From the NCBI GenBank assembly GCA_944349545.1, contig CALVNG010000002.1, positions 9,328 to 73,327 of the forward strand: a DNA stretch of 64,000 nucleotides. The letters run 5' to 3'. Below are positions 46,485 to 57,756 of this stretch, in pieces. This stretch comes from an uncultured Eubacteriales bacterium. Its GTDB lineage: Bacteria > Bacillota > Clostridia > Christensenellales > Aristaeellaceae. A program made the translations under genes and the position numbers. Under the pieces are notes generated by a model. That model made no database searches, had not been told where the DNA came from, and was given only the letters and a program-made list of their open reading frames with translations. The stretch's first letter is position 1; each line of letters starts with the position of its first letter.

Positions 46485-46531
46485 AAAATTAAAAATTATA
46501 GAACAGGCGTGGCCGTACCAGCCACGCCTGT
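46485..46531 (-). terminator. rho-independent terminator of serA
   Basis: Stem ACAGGCGTGGC / GCCACGCCTGT (46503..46531). On the minus strand it is followed by TCTATAATTTTTAATTTT. Confidence 0.65.
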
Positions 46532-46577
46532 TTCGCAAAAAGGAACTTCCCATGCATTCAGTTGCGTTCTGTAGTTT

Positions 46578-47756
46578 TTACCCCTTTGCCGGCATCCTCA
46601 GCCTGATAACGCCCGGCAGGGCCTTGAGCTGGGTCTGGAGCATGTCGTCGGGCTCGCGGTCCAGCTCAAGCACGGTCACGGCCATGTCACGGCGGCTCTT
46701 GTTGAGCATGTTGTTGATGTTGATCTTGCGCGCGCCGATGGCGGCGGAGATGGCCGATACCATGCCGGGCTCGTTTTCGTGGATGATGAGCACGCGCACG
46801 CCCTCGCTGTGGCCCAGGATGATCTCCGGGAAGTTGACGGAGTTGCGGATCTGGCCGTCCTCCAGGTAGTCGCGCAGCTCGCGGGCGGCCATGTCGGCGC
46901 AGTTGACCTCGCTCTCCGGCGTGGAGGCGCCCAGGTGCGGAATGGCGACGGCGTTTTTCATCTTGAGCACGTCCTGGGTGGGGAAGTCGGTCACATAGCT
47001 GGCGACCTTGCCGCTCTCCAGCGCGGCGGCCAGAGCCTGCGCGTCGGCCAGTTCGGCGCGGCTGAAGTTGAGCAGGTGCACGCCGTCCTTCATCTGGGCG
47101 ATGGCGCTCTGGCCGATCATGCCGCGGGTGGCGTCGGTCAGGGGCACGTGCACGGTGATGTAGTCCGCCGTGCGGTAGATTTCATCCACGGAGGAGGACC
47201 GCTTGATGGCGCGGCTGAGCGACCAGGCGCTTTCCACGCTGATGAAGGGGTCGTAGCCAACGACGTTCATGCCCAGACCCTGCGCGGCGGCGTTGGCCAC
47301 GAGCGCGCCGATGGCGCCCAGGCCAATCACGCCCAGCGTCTTGCCGCGGACCTCGGGACCGGCGAACTGGGCCTTGCCCTTTTCCACCAGCTTGGCGACC
47401 TCCGCGCCCTGACCGTCGAGCGTGCGCGCCCAGTCGATGCCGCCGGCCACGTTGCGGCTGCCCAGCATCAGGCCGCAGATGACCAGCTCGGCCACGGCGT
47501 TGGCGTTGGCGCCGGGGGTGTTGAAAACCACGATGCCGCGCTTGGTGCACTCGTCGATGGGGATGTTGTTGGTGCCCGCGCCGGCACGCGCGATGGCCAG
47601 CAGGCTGTCGGGCAGGTCCATGTCGTGCATGGAGGCGGAGCGCACCAGAATGCCGTCCGGTACGGGCTCCTCCTTGGCGATGAGGTAGCGGTCGGCGGTC
47701 AGGCTCTGGTGGATAACGTCGGAAATATTGTTGAGCGTCTGAATCTTATACATCAT
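46578..47756 (-). CDS. serA: D-3-phosphoglycerate dehydrogenase with C-terminal ACT domain
   Basis: 392 aa. NAD-binding GVIGLGAIGALVA. Catalytic R/E/H context (NFSRAELAD, PHLGAST). C-terminal ACT-like segment (VRVLIIHENEPGMVSAIS). Confidence 0.9.
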   Translation of the reverse strand: MMYKIQTLNNISDVIHQSLTADRYLIAKEEPVPDGILVRSASMHDMDLPDSLLAIARAGAGTNNIPIDECTKRGIVVFNTPGANANAVAELVICGLMLGSRNVAGGIDWARTLDGQGAEVAKLVEKGKAQFAGPEVRGKTLGVIGLGAIGALVANAAAQGLGMNVVGYDPFISVESAWSLSRAIKRSSSVDEIYRTADYITVHVPLTDATRGMIGQSAIAQMKDGVHLLNFSRAELADAQALAAALESGKVASYVTDFPTQDVLKMKNAVAIPHLGASTPESEVNCADMAARELRDYLEDGQIRNSVNFPEIILGHSEGVRVLIIHENEPGMVSAISAAIGARKININNMLNKSRRDMAVTVLELDREPDDMLQTQLKALPGVIRLRMPAKG

Positions 47757-48829
47757 GCATTCTCCTTCTCAAAGGCTTTCATCACTTCGACCAGCTTTTT
47801 CACGCCTTCCACCGGCATGGCGTTGTAGATGCTGGCGCGCATGCCGCCCACGCTGCGATGGCCCTTGAGATTGACCAGGCCGTTCTTGGCGGCGTACTTG
47901 ACGAAGGCCGCGTCCTTGTCGGCGTCGCCGGTGACGAAGGTGACGTTCATCAGCGAGCGGCAGTCCCTGCGGGCGGGCGCCCTGAACAGCGCGCTCTGGT
48001 CCAGATAGTCATAGAGAAGGCCGGCCTTGTACTTGTTCTGCTCATAGATGGCCGCTACGCCGCCCAGGCCCTTCAGCCACTCGAAGCCCAGGCCCGCCAT
48101 GTAGATGCCGTACGTGTTGGGCGTGTTGAGCATGCTGTCGTTCTTGCTCTGCAGCGCCCAGCTCATCAGCTTGGGGCACTTGGGGTCCTCGTGTCCCATC
48201 AGGTCGCGGCGCACGATCACGATGCACAGACCGGCCGGCCCGATGTTCTTCTGCGCGCCGGCGAAAATCACCCCGAACTTCGTCACGTCGAAGGGCTCGG
48301 AGAGGATGTTGGAGCTCATGTCCGCCACCAGCGGCACCTTCCCGGTATCGGGGATGGTGGTGTAGCGGGTACCGTAGATGGTGTTGTTGGTGGTGATGTA
48401 GGCATAGTCCGCGTCCGGCCGCCAGTCAAAGGTGTCGGGCACATAGGTGTAGGTGTCCTCGCGGGAGGAGGCGGCGATGTGCACGTCGGCATATTTCCTG
48501 GCTTCCTCGGCGGCCAGGTGGGCGAAGTTTCCGCTGTCCACATAGTCGGCTTTGCCGGTGGCGAGCAGGTTCAGCGGTACGGCGCTGAACTGGAGCGTCG
48601 CGCCGCCCTGCAAAAACAGGATCTCGTATTCGTCCGGCACGTTCATCAGCTCCTTGAGGAGCGCCTTGGTGCGGTCGAAGATTTCGATGTACATGCCGCT
48701 GCGGTGGCTCATTTCCATGACGCTCATGCCGCGTCCGGGGTAGCAGACCAGCTCGTCGGCCGCCTTTTTGAGCACGCTCTCGGCGATCATCGCGGGACCT
48801 GCGGAAAAATTATATACGCGTTCCTCCAT
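47753..48829 (-). CDS. serC: 3-phosphoserine aminotransferase
   Basis: The ORF opens at 48994, but the family-like sequence starts at MEERVYNFSAGPAMI (ATG 48829, after GGGAGG). Contains FLQGGATLQF and GAQKNIGPAGL (PLP lysine). Overlaps serA by 4 nt. Confidence 0.9.
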   Translation of the reverse strand: MEERVYNFSAGPAMIAESVLKKAADELVCYPGRGMSVMEMSHRSGMYIEIFDRTKALLKELMNVPDEYEILFLQGGATLQFSAVPLNLLATGKADYVDSGNFAHLAAEEARKYADVHIAASSREDTYTYVPDTFDWRPDADYAYITTNNTIYGTRYTTIPDTGKVPLVADMSSNILSEPFDVTKFGVIFAGAQKNIGPAGLCIVIVRRDLMGHEDPKCPKLMSWALQSKNDSMLNTPNTYGIYMAGLGFEWLKGLGGVAAIYEQNKYKAGLLYDYLDQSALFRAPARRDCRSLMNVTFVTGDADKDAAFVKYAAKNGLVNLKGHRSVGGMRASIYNAMPVEGVKKLVEVMKAFEKENA

Positions 48830-49017
48830 GTGATGGCATCCTCCCTGCTTGAATTTGATGGGCTTACGGTCTTGTGGGACGTTTTCTGCCCTATTGGCGA
48901 TGTTTTGACCGGTTGCGTCTGTTATACACCAAACCGGCACGAATTGCAAGAGGAAAATCGAATTTTCTTTTGTGCAAAAAATGGACGCGCCCAAAGGTCA
49001 TGCAGCCAAAGGCGGAA

Positions 49018-49815
49018 TCAGACGCCATGACGGCGCTGGTTACGCAGGTTTTCCAGCTCGTTTCGCAGATGGGCTTCCCGCCGGTCCAGCTCGTCGCGGA
49101 AGGCCTGACGCCGCGCCTGGAGGTCACGGGAAAGCTGGGCGCGCCTGGCCCTGAGATCCTCCAGCAGCCGGCGGTTGTACAGCCGCGCATAGGGGAAGGC
49201 GCGAAGCGCGCGGCGCGCGAGCATTCCCTGACGGACGAGAACCTCGTGCACGCTCCGGGTGAGGGCCTCGGTGCTGTCGCCCTCGCAGCGCTCCGCCGTC
49301 TTGCGGATCTTGCCCAGAATGGCGGCCGAAACCACCGTGTCGCCCAGCAGCAGCGCGCACAGCCCCACGCAGAGGCCGTCCATCCACGCCTGCGGCAACC
49401 GCTGGTACAGCTCGAACAGCACCGGCCGGGCCACGTACACCATCCCCAGCCCCAGCAGCCCGAAGGGAATCAGCGTGCCGGCGCAGACGCGGCCGTTCAG
49501 GTTGAACCGCCGGTGGCTGTAGTCCCACCAGCGGGCATGGAACAGCTTTTCCATGACGTAGCTGGTCAGGTATTCCAGCGTGCCGCACACCGCCATGGCC
49601 ATCACGAACACGGCGGGCGGGCTGGCGGAGAACGGCGTGAGCAGCGCAGTGACCAGCACCGCCCCAAAGCCGTAGATGGGACAGTAGGGGCCGATCAGGA
49701 AACCCCGGTTGATGAAGCGGCCGAACTGAATCAGCTTGCAGACCACCTCCATCACCCAGCCCAGAAAGGCGCCTGTGAAGAACAGCAGCACGTAACATTC
49801 CAGCGTTAGGCGCAT
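49018..49815 (-). CDS. membrane protein of the putative ABC-transporter type IV (CmpB-like, DUF1113) family with an Arg-rich coiled-coil tail
   Basis: The ATG at 49815 follows AGGAGG (ORF opens at 49986). Contains FFTGAFLGWVMEVV...GFLIGPYCPIYGFGAV and HARWWDYS. C-terminal approximately 70 aa are R/E/L-rich. The family name is from memory. Confidence 0.55.
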   Translation of the reverse strand: MRLTLECYVLLFFTGAFLGWVMEVVCKLIQFGRFINRGFLIGPYCPIYGFGAVLVTALLTPFSASPPAVFVMAMAVCGTLEYLTSYVMEKLFHARWWDYSHRRFNLNGRVCAGTLIPFGLLGLGMVYVARPVLFELYQRLPQAWMDGLCVGLCALLLGDTVVSAAILGKIRKTAERCEGDSTEALTRSVHEVLVRQGMLARRALRAFPYARLYNRRLLEDLRARRAQLSRDLQARRQAFRDELDRREAHLRNELENLRNQRRHGV

Positions 49816-49852
49816 GGCGCGCAGCCTCCTTTGCATTCTATGCGGATAGTCC

Positions 49853-49881
49853 ATTATACCGTACAGGAAAGCCTTTGACAA
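49853..49881 (-). promoter_or_regulatory. sigma-A promoter of the 49018..49815 membrane-protein gene
   Basis: Minus strand: TTGTCA (49881..49876), 17 nt, TATAAT (49858..49853). Back-to-back with the divergent promoter at 49895. Confidence 0.45.
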
Positions 49882-49894
49882 AGCACACGAGCCT

Positions 49895-49923
49895 TTGACT
49901 TTTTTTCGGCGCGCGGCTATAAT
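49895..49923 (+). promoter_or_regulatory. sigma-A promoter of the MmcQ/YjbR-family gene
   Basis: TTGACT (49895..49900), 17 nt, TATAAT (49918..49923). Confidence 0.5.
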
Positions 49924-49948
49924 GGCGGCAGCGGGGGAGGGGAAAACC

Positions 49949-50338
49949 ATGAACGAAGCGGCCTGGCTGGATGAATACCTGCGCATGAAGCCCGGAACCG
50001 TCTGGGATTACAAGGTCGAATGGGGCTGGGACCGCTATCGCATCGCGGGAAAGCTCTACGCCGCTACCTGCCTTCCCGGACCCGCCTACGCAAAGGAATA
50101 CGCGGGACATCCTCTGCTTACGCTCAAATGCGATCCGTTGGAATCCGAACTGCTGCGCGCGGCCTGCCCGGACATCCTGCCGGGCTTTTACACGGACAAG
50201 CGCACCTGGATCTCCATTCGACTGGACGGCGGGGTGGAGCGCGAACGCATCCTGCGCCTGTGCGACGCGTCCTACGACCTTGTATTGGCGGGGCTGACGA
50301 AGCGGGCGCGCCTGGAAATTCTGCGCGGCGGGACGTAA
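49949..50338 (+). CDS. MmcQ/YjbR-family protein
   Basis: The ATG at 49949 follows GGGGGAGGGG (ORF opens at 49895). 129 aa. Contains DYKVEWGWDRYRIAGKLYA and TWISIRLDG, typical of the YjbR fold family (from memory). Confidence 0.55.
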   Translation: MNEAAWLDEYLRMKPGTVWDYKVEWGWDRYRIAGKLYAATCLPGPAYAKEYAGHPLLTLKCDPLESELLRAACPDILPGFYTDKRTWISIRLDGGVERERILRLCDASYDLVLAGLTKRARLEILRGGT

Positions 50339-50354
50339 ATTGTTGCGCTTGTCC

Positions 50355-50383
50355 TTGACCCTCCTCGGCAGATGGTCTACAAT
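50355..50383 (+). promoter_or_regulatory. sigma-A promoter of galM
   Basis: TTGACC (50355..50360), 17 nt, TACAAT (50378..50383). Confidence 0.45.
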
Positions 50384-50436
50384 GAGGGTACCTTGGACCC
50401 CGGTTATAGAGGAAACAGCAAAAGGAGGCTCCTTTC

Positions 50437-51492
50437 ATGAGCATTTCACAGCGCCCGTTCGGGGTCACGCCCGGCGGTGAAAAGGTAACGGAATACACCA
50501 TGACCAATCGCGACGGGGCCAGCGTGTCCGTTCTGGATTTCGGCGGCATCATCACGCGCATTCTGGTTCCGGACCGGGACGGCAGACTGGATGACGTAAA
50601 CCTGAGCTTTGACGACATTGACGTGTATGCGCAGGGTCGCAGCGGCAGTATGGGCATGCTCATCGGTCGGGTCGGCAACCGCATCCGGGGCGCGTCCTTC
50701 GAGCTGGAGGGGCATGCCTATACGCTGCCCAAGAACGACAACGGCAACTGCCTGCACGGCGGCGAGGGCTTCGGCCTGCGTATGTGGCAGGCCCGGCCCA
50801 TTCTGGCCGAGGGCGGCGACGCGCTGGAGCTGACGCTGACCAGCCCGGACGGCGATCAGGGATTCCCCGGCACGCTGAAGGTCAGGGTTACGTATACCTT
50901 CACGGACCGCAACGAGCTGGGCATCCATTATCAGGCCAGCACCGACCGGACCACCCTATGCAACCTGACCAACCATGCCTATTTTAACCTGGATGGCCAT
51001 GCCAGCGGAAGCGTGCGCGATCTGGAGATGCAGATTAACGCGGATCTGGTGACCGAGGCGGGCGATGGCCTGATTCCCACCGGGCGCCTGGTGCCGGTCG
51101 GCGAGGTGGCTTACAACTTCACCTCTCTTACCCGCATCGGGGATGTGCTGGATAAAATGCCCGAATGCCCCGGCATGACCATGGCCAAAGGGGTGGATTT
51201 CAATTTCTGCGCGGGCCGCGACCGTGAGACAAAGGTCATCGCCACGGTCTATTCGCCCAGGACCGGCCGCGTGATGGATGTAATCACCGATCAGCCCGGC
51301 GTGCAGTGCTACACAGCCAACTATCTGGACGATGACGGCAAGGACGGCGTGCACTACGGGCCGTATTCCGGCGTGTGCCTGGAAACGCAGCATTATCCGG
51401 ACGCCATCCATCAGCCGCACTTCCCCAGCATCGTGCTCAGGCCGCAGGATACCTATGACACCCTGACGATCTACCGCTTCGGCGTGCGGTAA
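50437..51492 (+). CDS. galM: aldose 1-epimerase (galactose mutarotase)
   Basis: 351 aa. Contains NCLHGG, FPG.L.V.V.Y, TNHAYFNL and GVCLETQHYPDA. Confidence 0.85.
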   Translation: MSISQRPFGVTPGGEKVTEYTMTNRDGASVSVLDFGGIITRILVPDRDGRLDDVNLSFDDIDVYAQGRSGSMGMLIGRVGNRIRGASFELEGHAYTLPKNDNGNCLHGGEGFGLRMWQARPILAEGGDALELTLTSPDGDQGFPGTLKVRVTYTFTDRNELGIHYQASTDRTTLCNLTNHAYFNLDGHASGSVRDLEMQINADLVTEAGDGLIPTGRLVPVGEVAYNFTSLTRIGDVLDKMPECPGMTMAKGVDFNFCAGRDRETKVIATVYSPRTGRVMDVITDQPGVQCYTANYLDDDGKDGVHYGPYSGVCLETQHYPDAIHQPHFPSIVLRPQDTYDTLTIYRFGVR

Positions 51493-51504
51493 GGGGAGGC
51501 GCCC

Positions 51505-52548
51505 ATGACCCCGAACGGTCAAAAGCTTCTCTCTCCCGGCAGGCTGCTGGATGCGCGCGGCGCGCTCGTGGAGGCCGGCTATGCCACCGGGCTGGTCAGG
51601 CGCTACGACCGCGCCGCCATCCGCGCGTGCGGACTGCGCATCAAGGAGTGGGACTATTACTGCATCACCGGCGGCGATACGGTGCTGGCCCTGACCATTG
51701 CCGACAACAGCTACATGGGGCTGGAAAGCGTCAGCCTGATTGATCTGGGTACCCGCTGGCAGCACACGCGCAGCTTCATGCGCCTGATGCCCATGGGCCG
51801 CACGGGCCTGCCGTCCGACAGCGGGCGGGGCCATGTGGCCGTGGAGCGGCCCGGATATGCCCTGCGCTTTGACAACGACGGCAAACGCCGGGAGCTGACC
51901 GTGCGGGTGGACGACTTCCGTGACCGCAAGCCCCTGACCGCGCGTGTGACGCTCACCGGCGCGCCGCGGGACAGCATGGTGATCGCCACGCCCTTCGCGG
52001 GTCATCCGCGCGCCTTTTACTACAACCAGAAGATCAACTGCCTGCGTGCGGCGGGCGAGGTGGTCTTTGACGGGGGAACCCGCCGGTTTGACGCGCAGAC
52101 CGCCACCGCGGTGCTGGACTGGGGCCGGGGCGTGTGGACCTACCGGAACACCTGGTACTGGGGCAGCGCCAGCGGCTACGTGGATGGCGTGCCCTTCGGG
52201 ATGAACCTGGGCTACGGCTTTGGCGATACGAGCGCCGCCACGGAGAACATGCTCTTTTATGATGGAATTGCGCACAAGCTGGACCGGGTGGACTTCGGCA
52301 TTCCCAGGGATGCCGAGGGCAAGGACGACCTGCTGGCGCCCTGGCATGTGACGGACAACCTGGGCCGGCTGGACCTGACCTTCACGCCCGTCCTGGACCG
52401 CGCCGCACATACGGGTGCGCTGGTGCTGGAAAGCAATCAGCATCAGGTGTTCGGCCGCTTCGACGGCGCCGCCGTGCTCGACGACGGGAGAACGCTGGAC
52501 ATCCGCGGCCTTGGCGGCTTTGCCGAAAAGGTCAAAAACCGCTGGTGA
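51505..52548 (+). CDS. DUF2804-family protein
   Basis: 347 aa. Contains KEWDYYCI and WGRGVWTYRNTWYWGSASG, characteristic of DUF2804 (from memory). Confidence 0.65.
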   Translation: MTPNGQKLLSPGRLLDARGALVEAGYATGLVRRYDRAAIRACGLRIKEWDYYCITGGDTVLALTIADNSYMGLESVSLIDLGTRWQHTRSFMRLMPMGRTGLPSDSGRGHVAVERPGYALRFDNDGKRRELTVRVDDFRDRKPLTARVTLTGAPRDSMVIATPFAGHPRAFYYNQKINCLRAAGEVVFDGGTRRFDAQTATAVLDWGRGVWTYRNTWYWGSASGYVDGVPFGMNLGYGFGDTSAATENMLFYDGIAHKLDRVDFGIPRDAEGKDDLLAPWHVTDNLGRLDLTFTPVLDRAAHTGALVLESNQHQVFGRFDGAAVLDDGRTLDIRGLGGFAEKVKNRW

Positions 52549-52588
52549 TGCGCCGCGCGCTCGCCTGCGAAATCATGGAGGAACGGAA

Positions 52589-53227
52589 TTGCGAAAACTG
52601 CTGATTTTCTGCTGCCTGCTTGCGAGCCTTGCATGCCTGTCCCGCGCGTCGGCGGCGACCATCTCCGGTCGCGGATATGAGGACTTTGAGGCGTCCTACG
52701 CCGATAACCTGACGTTTATCAACGAAAACACAGGCCGTCACCTGCTGCCGCTGGTGCTGGCCAAGGGGGACGCCAACGCCGACGGAGGACACCGCATGTA
52801 CGAGTTGCTGGGCGATGTGCTTCGCGTGAGCATCCGCCTGGACCAGAGCAACAAGGTGATCGAGAAGTGTGAAATCGTGCTCACGGCCCCTCCGGGCATG
52901 TCCTATGGCACGTCGGAGTACAATGATTTCACCACCTCCGGCTATCACAGCTATGCGCTGCTCATGGCCATGCATACCGCGGCGGACCCAGCCGTGCGCT
53001 ACGGGCTGGTTACGGCGGTCAATGACGGGCTGCTTGCGGGCGAGGGTAACTATACCACGCAGGTCGGCGTCTACACCCTCACCTGCACGCGCGCGGATAA
53101 CGTGGCGACCCTCACCTTTGAAAACACCCTGGCCGTGACGCCGGAGCCGGAGGTCACGCCCGACGGGGCCGATGCCGCGCCGGAGGACGAAGGCAACAAC
53201 GAGGAGGACGAAAGCATGGCCGGCTGA
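52589..53227 (+). CDS. hypothetical secreted protein with an acidic C-terminus
   Basis: The TTG at 52589 lies 7 nt after GGAGGA and gives the signal peptide (M)RKLLIFCCLLASLACLSRASA. The ORF-track frame opens at 52415 inside the previous gene. No motif recognised. Confidence 0.45.
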   Translation: MRKLLIFCCLLASLACLSRASAATISGRGYEDFEASYADNLTFINENTGRHLLPLVLAKGDANADGGHRMYELLGDVLRVSIRLDQSNKVIEKCEIVLTAPPGMSYGTSEYNDFTTSGYHSYALLMAMHTAADPAVRYGLVTAVNDGLLAGEGNYTTQVGVYTLTCTRADNVATLTFENTLAVTPEPEVTPDGADAAPEDEGNNEEDESMAG

Positions 53228-53247
53228 TGGCGGCCGGACAAGAGAAA

Positions 53248-53286
53248 AGCCGGGAGCGCTTTCCTTCATGGAAGGCGTTCCCGGCT
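53248..53286. terminator. hairpin terminator between convergent genes
   Basis: Stem AGCCGGGAGCGC / GCGTTCCCGGCT, flanked by GAAAA and TTTAT. Confidence 0.55.
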
Positions 53287-53300
53287 TTATCCTTCGGCCG

Positions 53301-55600
<2,300 letters not shown>

Positions 55601-55660
55601 GCCGGAAAGCGGGCGGCGCGGCGTACGGCGCCGGCTGGGTGAGAATCAATCAAACGCACA

Positions 55661-55695
55661 GAAAACGCAGGTCCGAGAGGGCCTGCGTTTCTGTT
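55661..55695. terminator. hairpin terminator between guaB and the convergent anti-sigma gene
   Basis: Stem GAAAACGCAGG / CCTGCGTTTC, followed by TGTTTC. Confidence 0.55.
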
Positions 55696-57018
55696 TCACG
55701 GAAGGGCGCTGCTTGTTTCCAGCGCTATGCACAGGGCGTGGGCGAAGTCCAGCTGATAGGCGCCAACCACGCCTTCCGGCTTTTCCACATCGGGATCATA
55801 GAATGGGGAGGCTTCGTCCCAATGGGGATCGTGCGCCAAAAACGGAGCCAGACAGACGCGGCGGGGCAGTTCGCCCGCGACAGGAACGAAGGAAAGGCGG
55901 AAGGAGAAGTTCTGCGCGCCTTCCTGATCCCAGGTCAGGGCATTGCTGAGCACGCGCTGTCCGTCGGGGTCGGCGAGGAAGAATCCCTGCCGGAGGAGCG
56001 CTTCGGCGCCTTCGCCGGAAAGCAGGCCCTCCATCTGCCCGCCTGTGTGCGTCAGATCAAAGCGGCTGATGGTCAGCGTCAGGTCGTCAAACACATATTC
56101 GGTCTGCATGGGACGGACGTGGATGAGCTGGTTCGGGCTCAGCGTCACATCCAGCTCAAGGCTGATTTGTCCGGCCAGCTCAGCCCAGCCCAGCTCGCGG
56201 TAGGCCTGGGCGTAGATTTCCGAGCTGGGCCGGTCCGCCGTGGCGTTCAGGCTGTACGCTTCGGGGCGGAACAGCTCCAGAGAAACATAGCCGGTTTCGT
56301 CGGTCACAAGGCAGTCTGAGGCTTCCGACACGTTCACGCCCTCGTAATCGCCGTAATCGACCAGCCGGGGCGAATGGATGGGGCGCCATACGGCAACATC
56401 GATTCTCAGGGATGCTTCTCCTTCGGGAACCGGCGCCGTGCCAAGATACCTGCCCTGTCCGTCAAACGCATAGAGCGCCTCCGCCTCGTTGTAGGCCGAA
56501 ACGCTCATAGGAAGCGGAAGGCCATCCAATGTTCCGCCCAGCAGATACCCCGCGGTGCCGGCGCCTTCGGCGAACAGCGTGCTCCGCGTAAGCGGACAGC
56601 CGTCGAGATACAGGCCGTCCACCGTGTACAGGAGCGTTTCCCCGGTTGGATTGGAAAGGGTGAAGGCGGTGTGCAGGGCGCTTCCGTCATAGAGAAGCTC
56701 ATCCACGGCAAGCACGCCCAGATCAGAGGCCGCACGCTCATTCGGCGTCTGAATCCGCTCTGCCACATCCTTGGGAGCGGCTGTATCGCCGTAGAGCTCG
56801 CCCGCGATCCTCGACTGCACCAGCGAGTAGGCCAGGCCCAGCATCGTGAGCGTGAGCGCCAGCACGAGAATCAGGGAAACGGACAGTTTCTTTTTCATGG
56901 GTCGTTCTCCTTTCGCTGCAGCGATGATTCGCCGGGCCAGAAAGGGATTTTCCTCAAGGCCGGAAAGCCGGTGGTCGATCGCGGACTGCAGAAGGCGCTT
57001 CATTTCCTGGTCATTCAC
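55696..57018 (-). CDS. putative anti-sigma factor (single-pass membrane protein with a large extracytoplasmic domain)
   Basis: 440 aa. Overlaps the ECF sigma gene by 8 nt. Short cytoplasmic N-terminus, TM helix LSVSLILVLALTLTMLGLAY, and an approximately 370-aa external domain without recognised motifs. Confidence 0.5.
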   Translation of the reverse strand: MNDQEMKRLLQSAIDHRLSGLEENPFLARRIIAAAKGERPMKKKLSVSLILVLALTLTMLGLAYSLVQSRIAGELYGDTAAPKDVAERIQTPNERAASDLGVLAVDELLYDGSALHTAFTLSNPTGETLLYTVDGLYLDGCPLTRSTLFAEGAGTAGYLLGGTLDGLPLPMSVSAYNEAEALYAFDGQGRYLGTAPVPEGEASLRIDVAVWRPIHSPRLVDYGDYEGVNVSEASDCLVTDETGYVSLELFRPEAYSLNATADRPSSEIYAQAYRELGWAELAGQISLELDVTLSPNQLIHVRPMQTEYVFDDLTLTISRFDLTHTGGQMEGLLSGEGAEALLRQGFFLADPDGQRVLSNALTWDQEGAQNFSFRLSFVPVAGELPRRVCLAPFLAHDPHWDEASPFYDPDVEKPEGVVGAYQLDFAHALCIALETSSALP

Positions 57019-57535
57019 AGAGATCCCTCCCTTCCAGCAGCGCGCGCAGCTTCCCCCTGGCGCGCTTCAGCCTCCCGGATACCGATGATTGGGAGATGCC
57101 CAGCGAAACGGCGATTTCCGTTACGGTCATGTCCTGATAGTAATACAGGAGGATTACCTCGCGCAGTTTGCGCGGCAGCTGCATCACCTGGGTTACGAGC
57201 GCTTCCTCCTCCTGTGCGAAGGGTTCCGCCGCCTGCGGCAGCAGGTCGGGGATACGGCGCGGGTCGATACGGCGCAGCCGGTGCGCGCGGAGAAGGTCGC
57301 AGCAGGTATTCATGGCGATCTTCATCAGCCACGTCTTTTCGCTGCATTCTCCGCGGAACGATGCCAGACTTCTGTAGGCCTTGAGAAAGGTCTCCTGCAC
57401 CGCATCCTCTGCCAGCGCCCTGTCGCGCAGATAGAGAAAGCAGGTGCGAAGAAGCGGCTGCTGGTACCGGAGGACCAGACGTTCCAGTTCCTGGCTCGGG
57501 TCCGGAGCCTGATCAGGGCCCTTGATGCGGCTCAT
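57011..57535 (-). CDS. ECF-type sigma-70 family RNA polymerase sigma factor
   Basis: 174 aa. Region 2 (DAVQETFLKAYRSL, TWLMKIAMN). Region 4 HTH (MTVTEIAVSLGISQSSVSGRLKRAR). Confidence 0.85.
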   Translation of the reverse strand: MSRIKGPDQAPDPSQELERLVLRYQQPLLRTCFLYLRDRALAEDAVQETFLKAYRSLASFRGECSEKTWLMKIAMNTCCDLLRAHRLRRIDPRRIPDLLPQAAEPFAQEEEALVTQVMQLPRKLREVILLYYYQDMTVTEIAVSLGISQSSVSGRLKRARGKLRALLEGRDLCE

Positions 57536-57705
57536 GCGTTTCCCCCACCTCCTTGCACCTCTATTGACGAAAACAAATGCAGAAATATCGTATCATAACG
57601 TAACGTTAGATGCTTTTTTTGCGTGCGTGCGCCCGTTGCCACGCGGGGCTGGGGGCACTATGCGTGTAAATTTCCGGATTTCCCCTGCCCAAGCGGGCGC
57701 TGGTA

Positions 57706-57714
57706 TGCTATAAT
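57706..57714 (+). promoter_or_regulatory. extended -10 element (TGCTATAAT) upstream of the second VanW-family gene
   Basis: TGcTATAAT at 57706..57714. The -35 region is poor (TGCCCA), as is often tolerated with a TGn extension. Confidence 0.35.
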
Positions 57715-57756
57715 GAAAAATGATACCCAGAATACCAGCCGAAAGGAATTTTGCCG

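Larger units (their letters stand above)
44855..46500. other. AT-rich genomic islet carrying the R-M gene pair
   Basis: The composition shifts abruptly from GC-rich flanks (argG, serA) to visibly AT-rich sequence (long A/T runs; codons ending in A/T). Contains only the endonuclease and methyltransferase genes. No integrase, transposase or obvious flanking direct repeats. Confidence 0.65.

Noticed and set aside
55692-55707. TGTTTCACG half-match to parS next to the anti-sigma gene stop.
   Set aside because: Only the left 9 nt match and the right arm (GAAGGGC) does not. It overlaps a terminator T-tract and is most likely coincidental.
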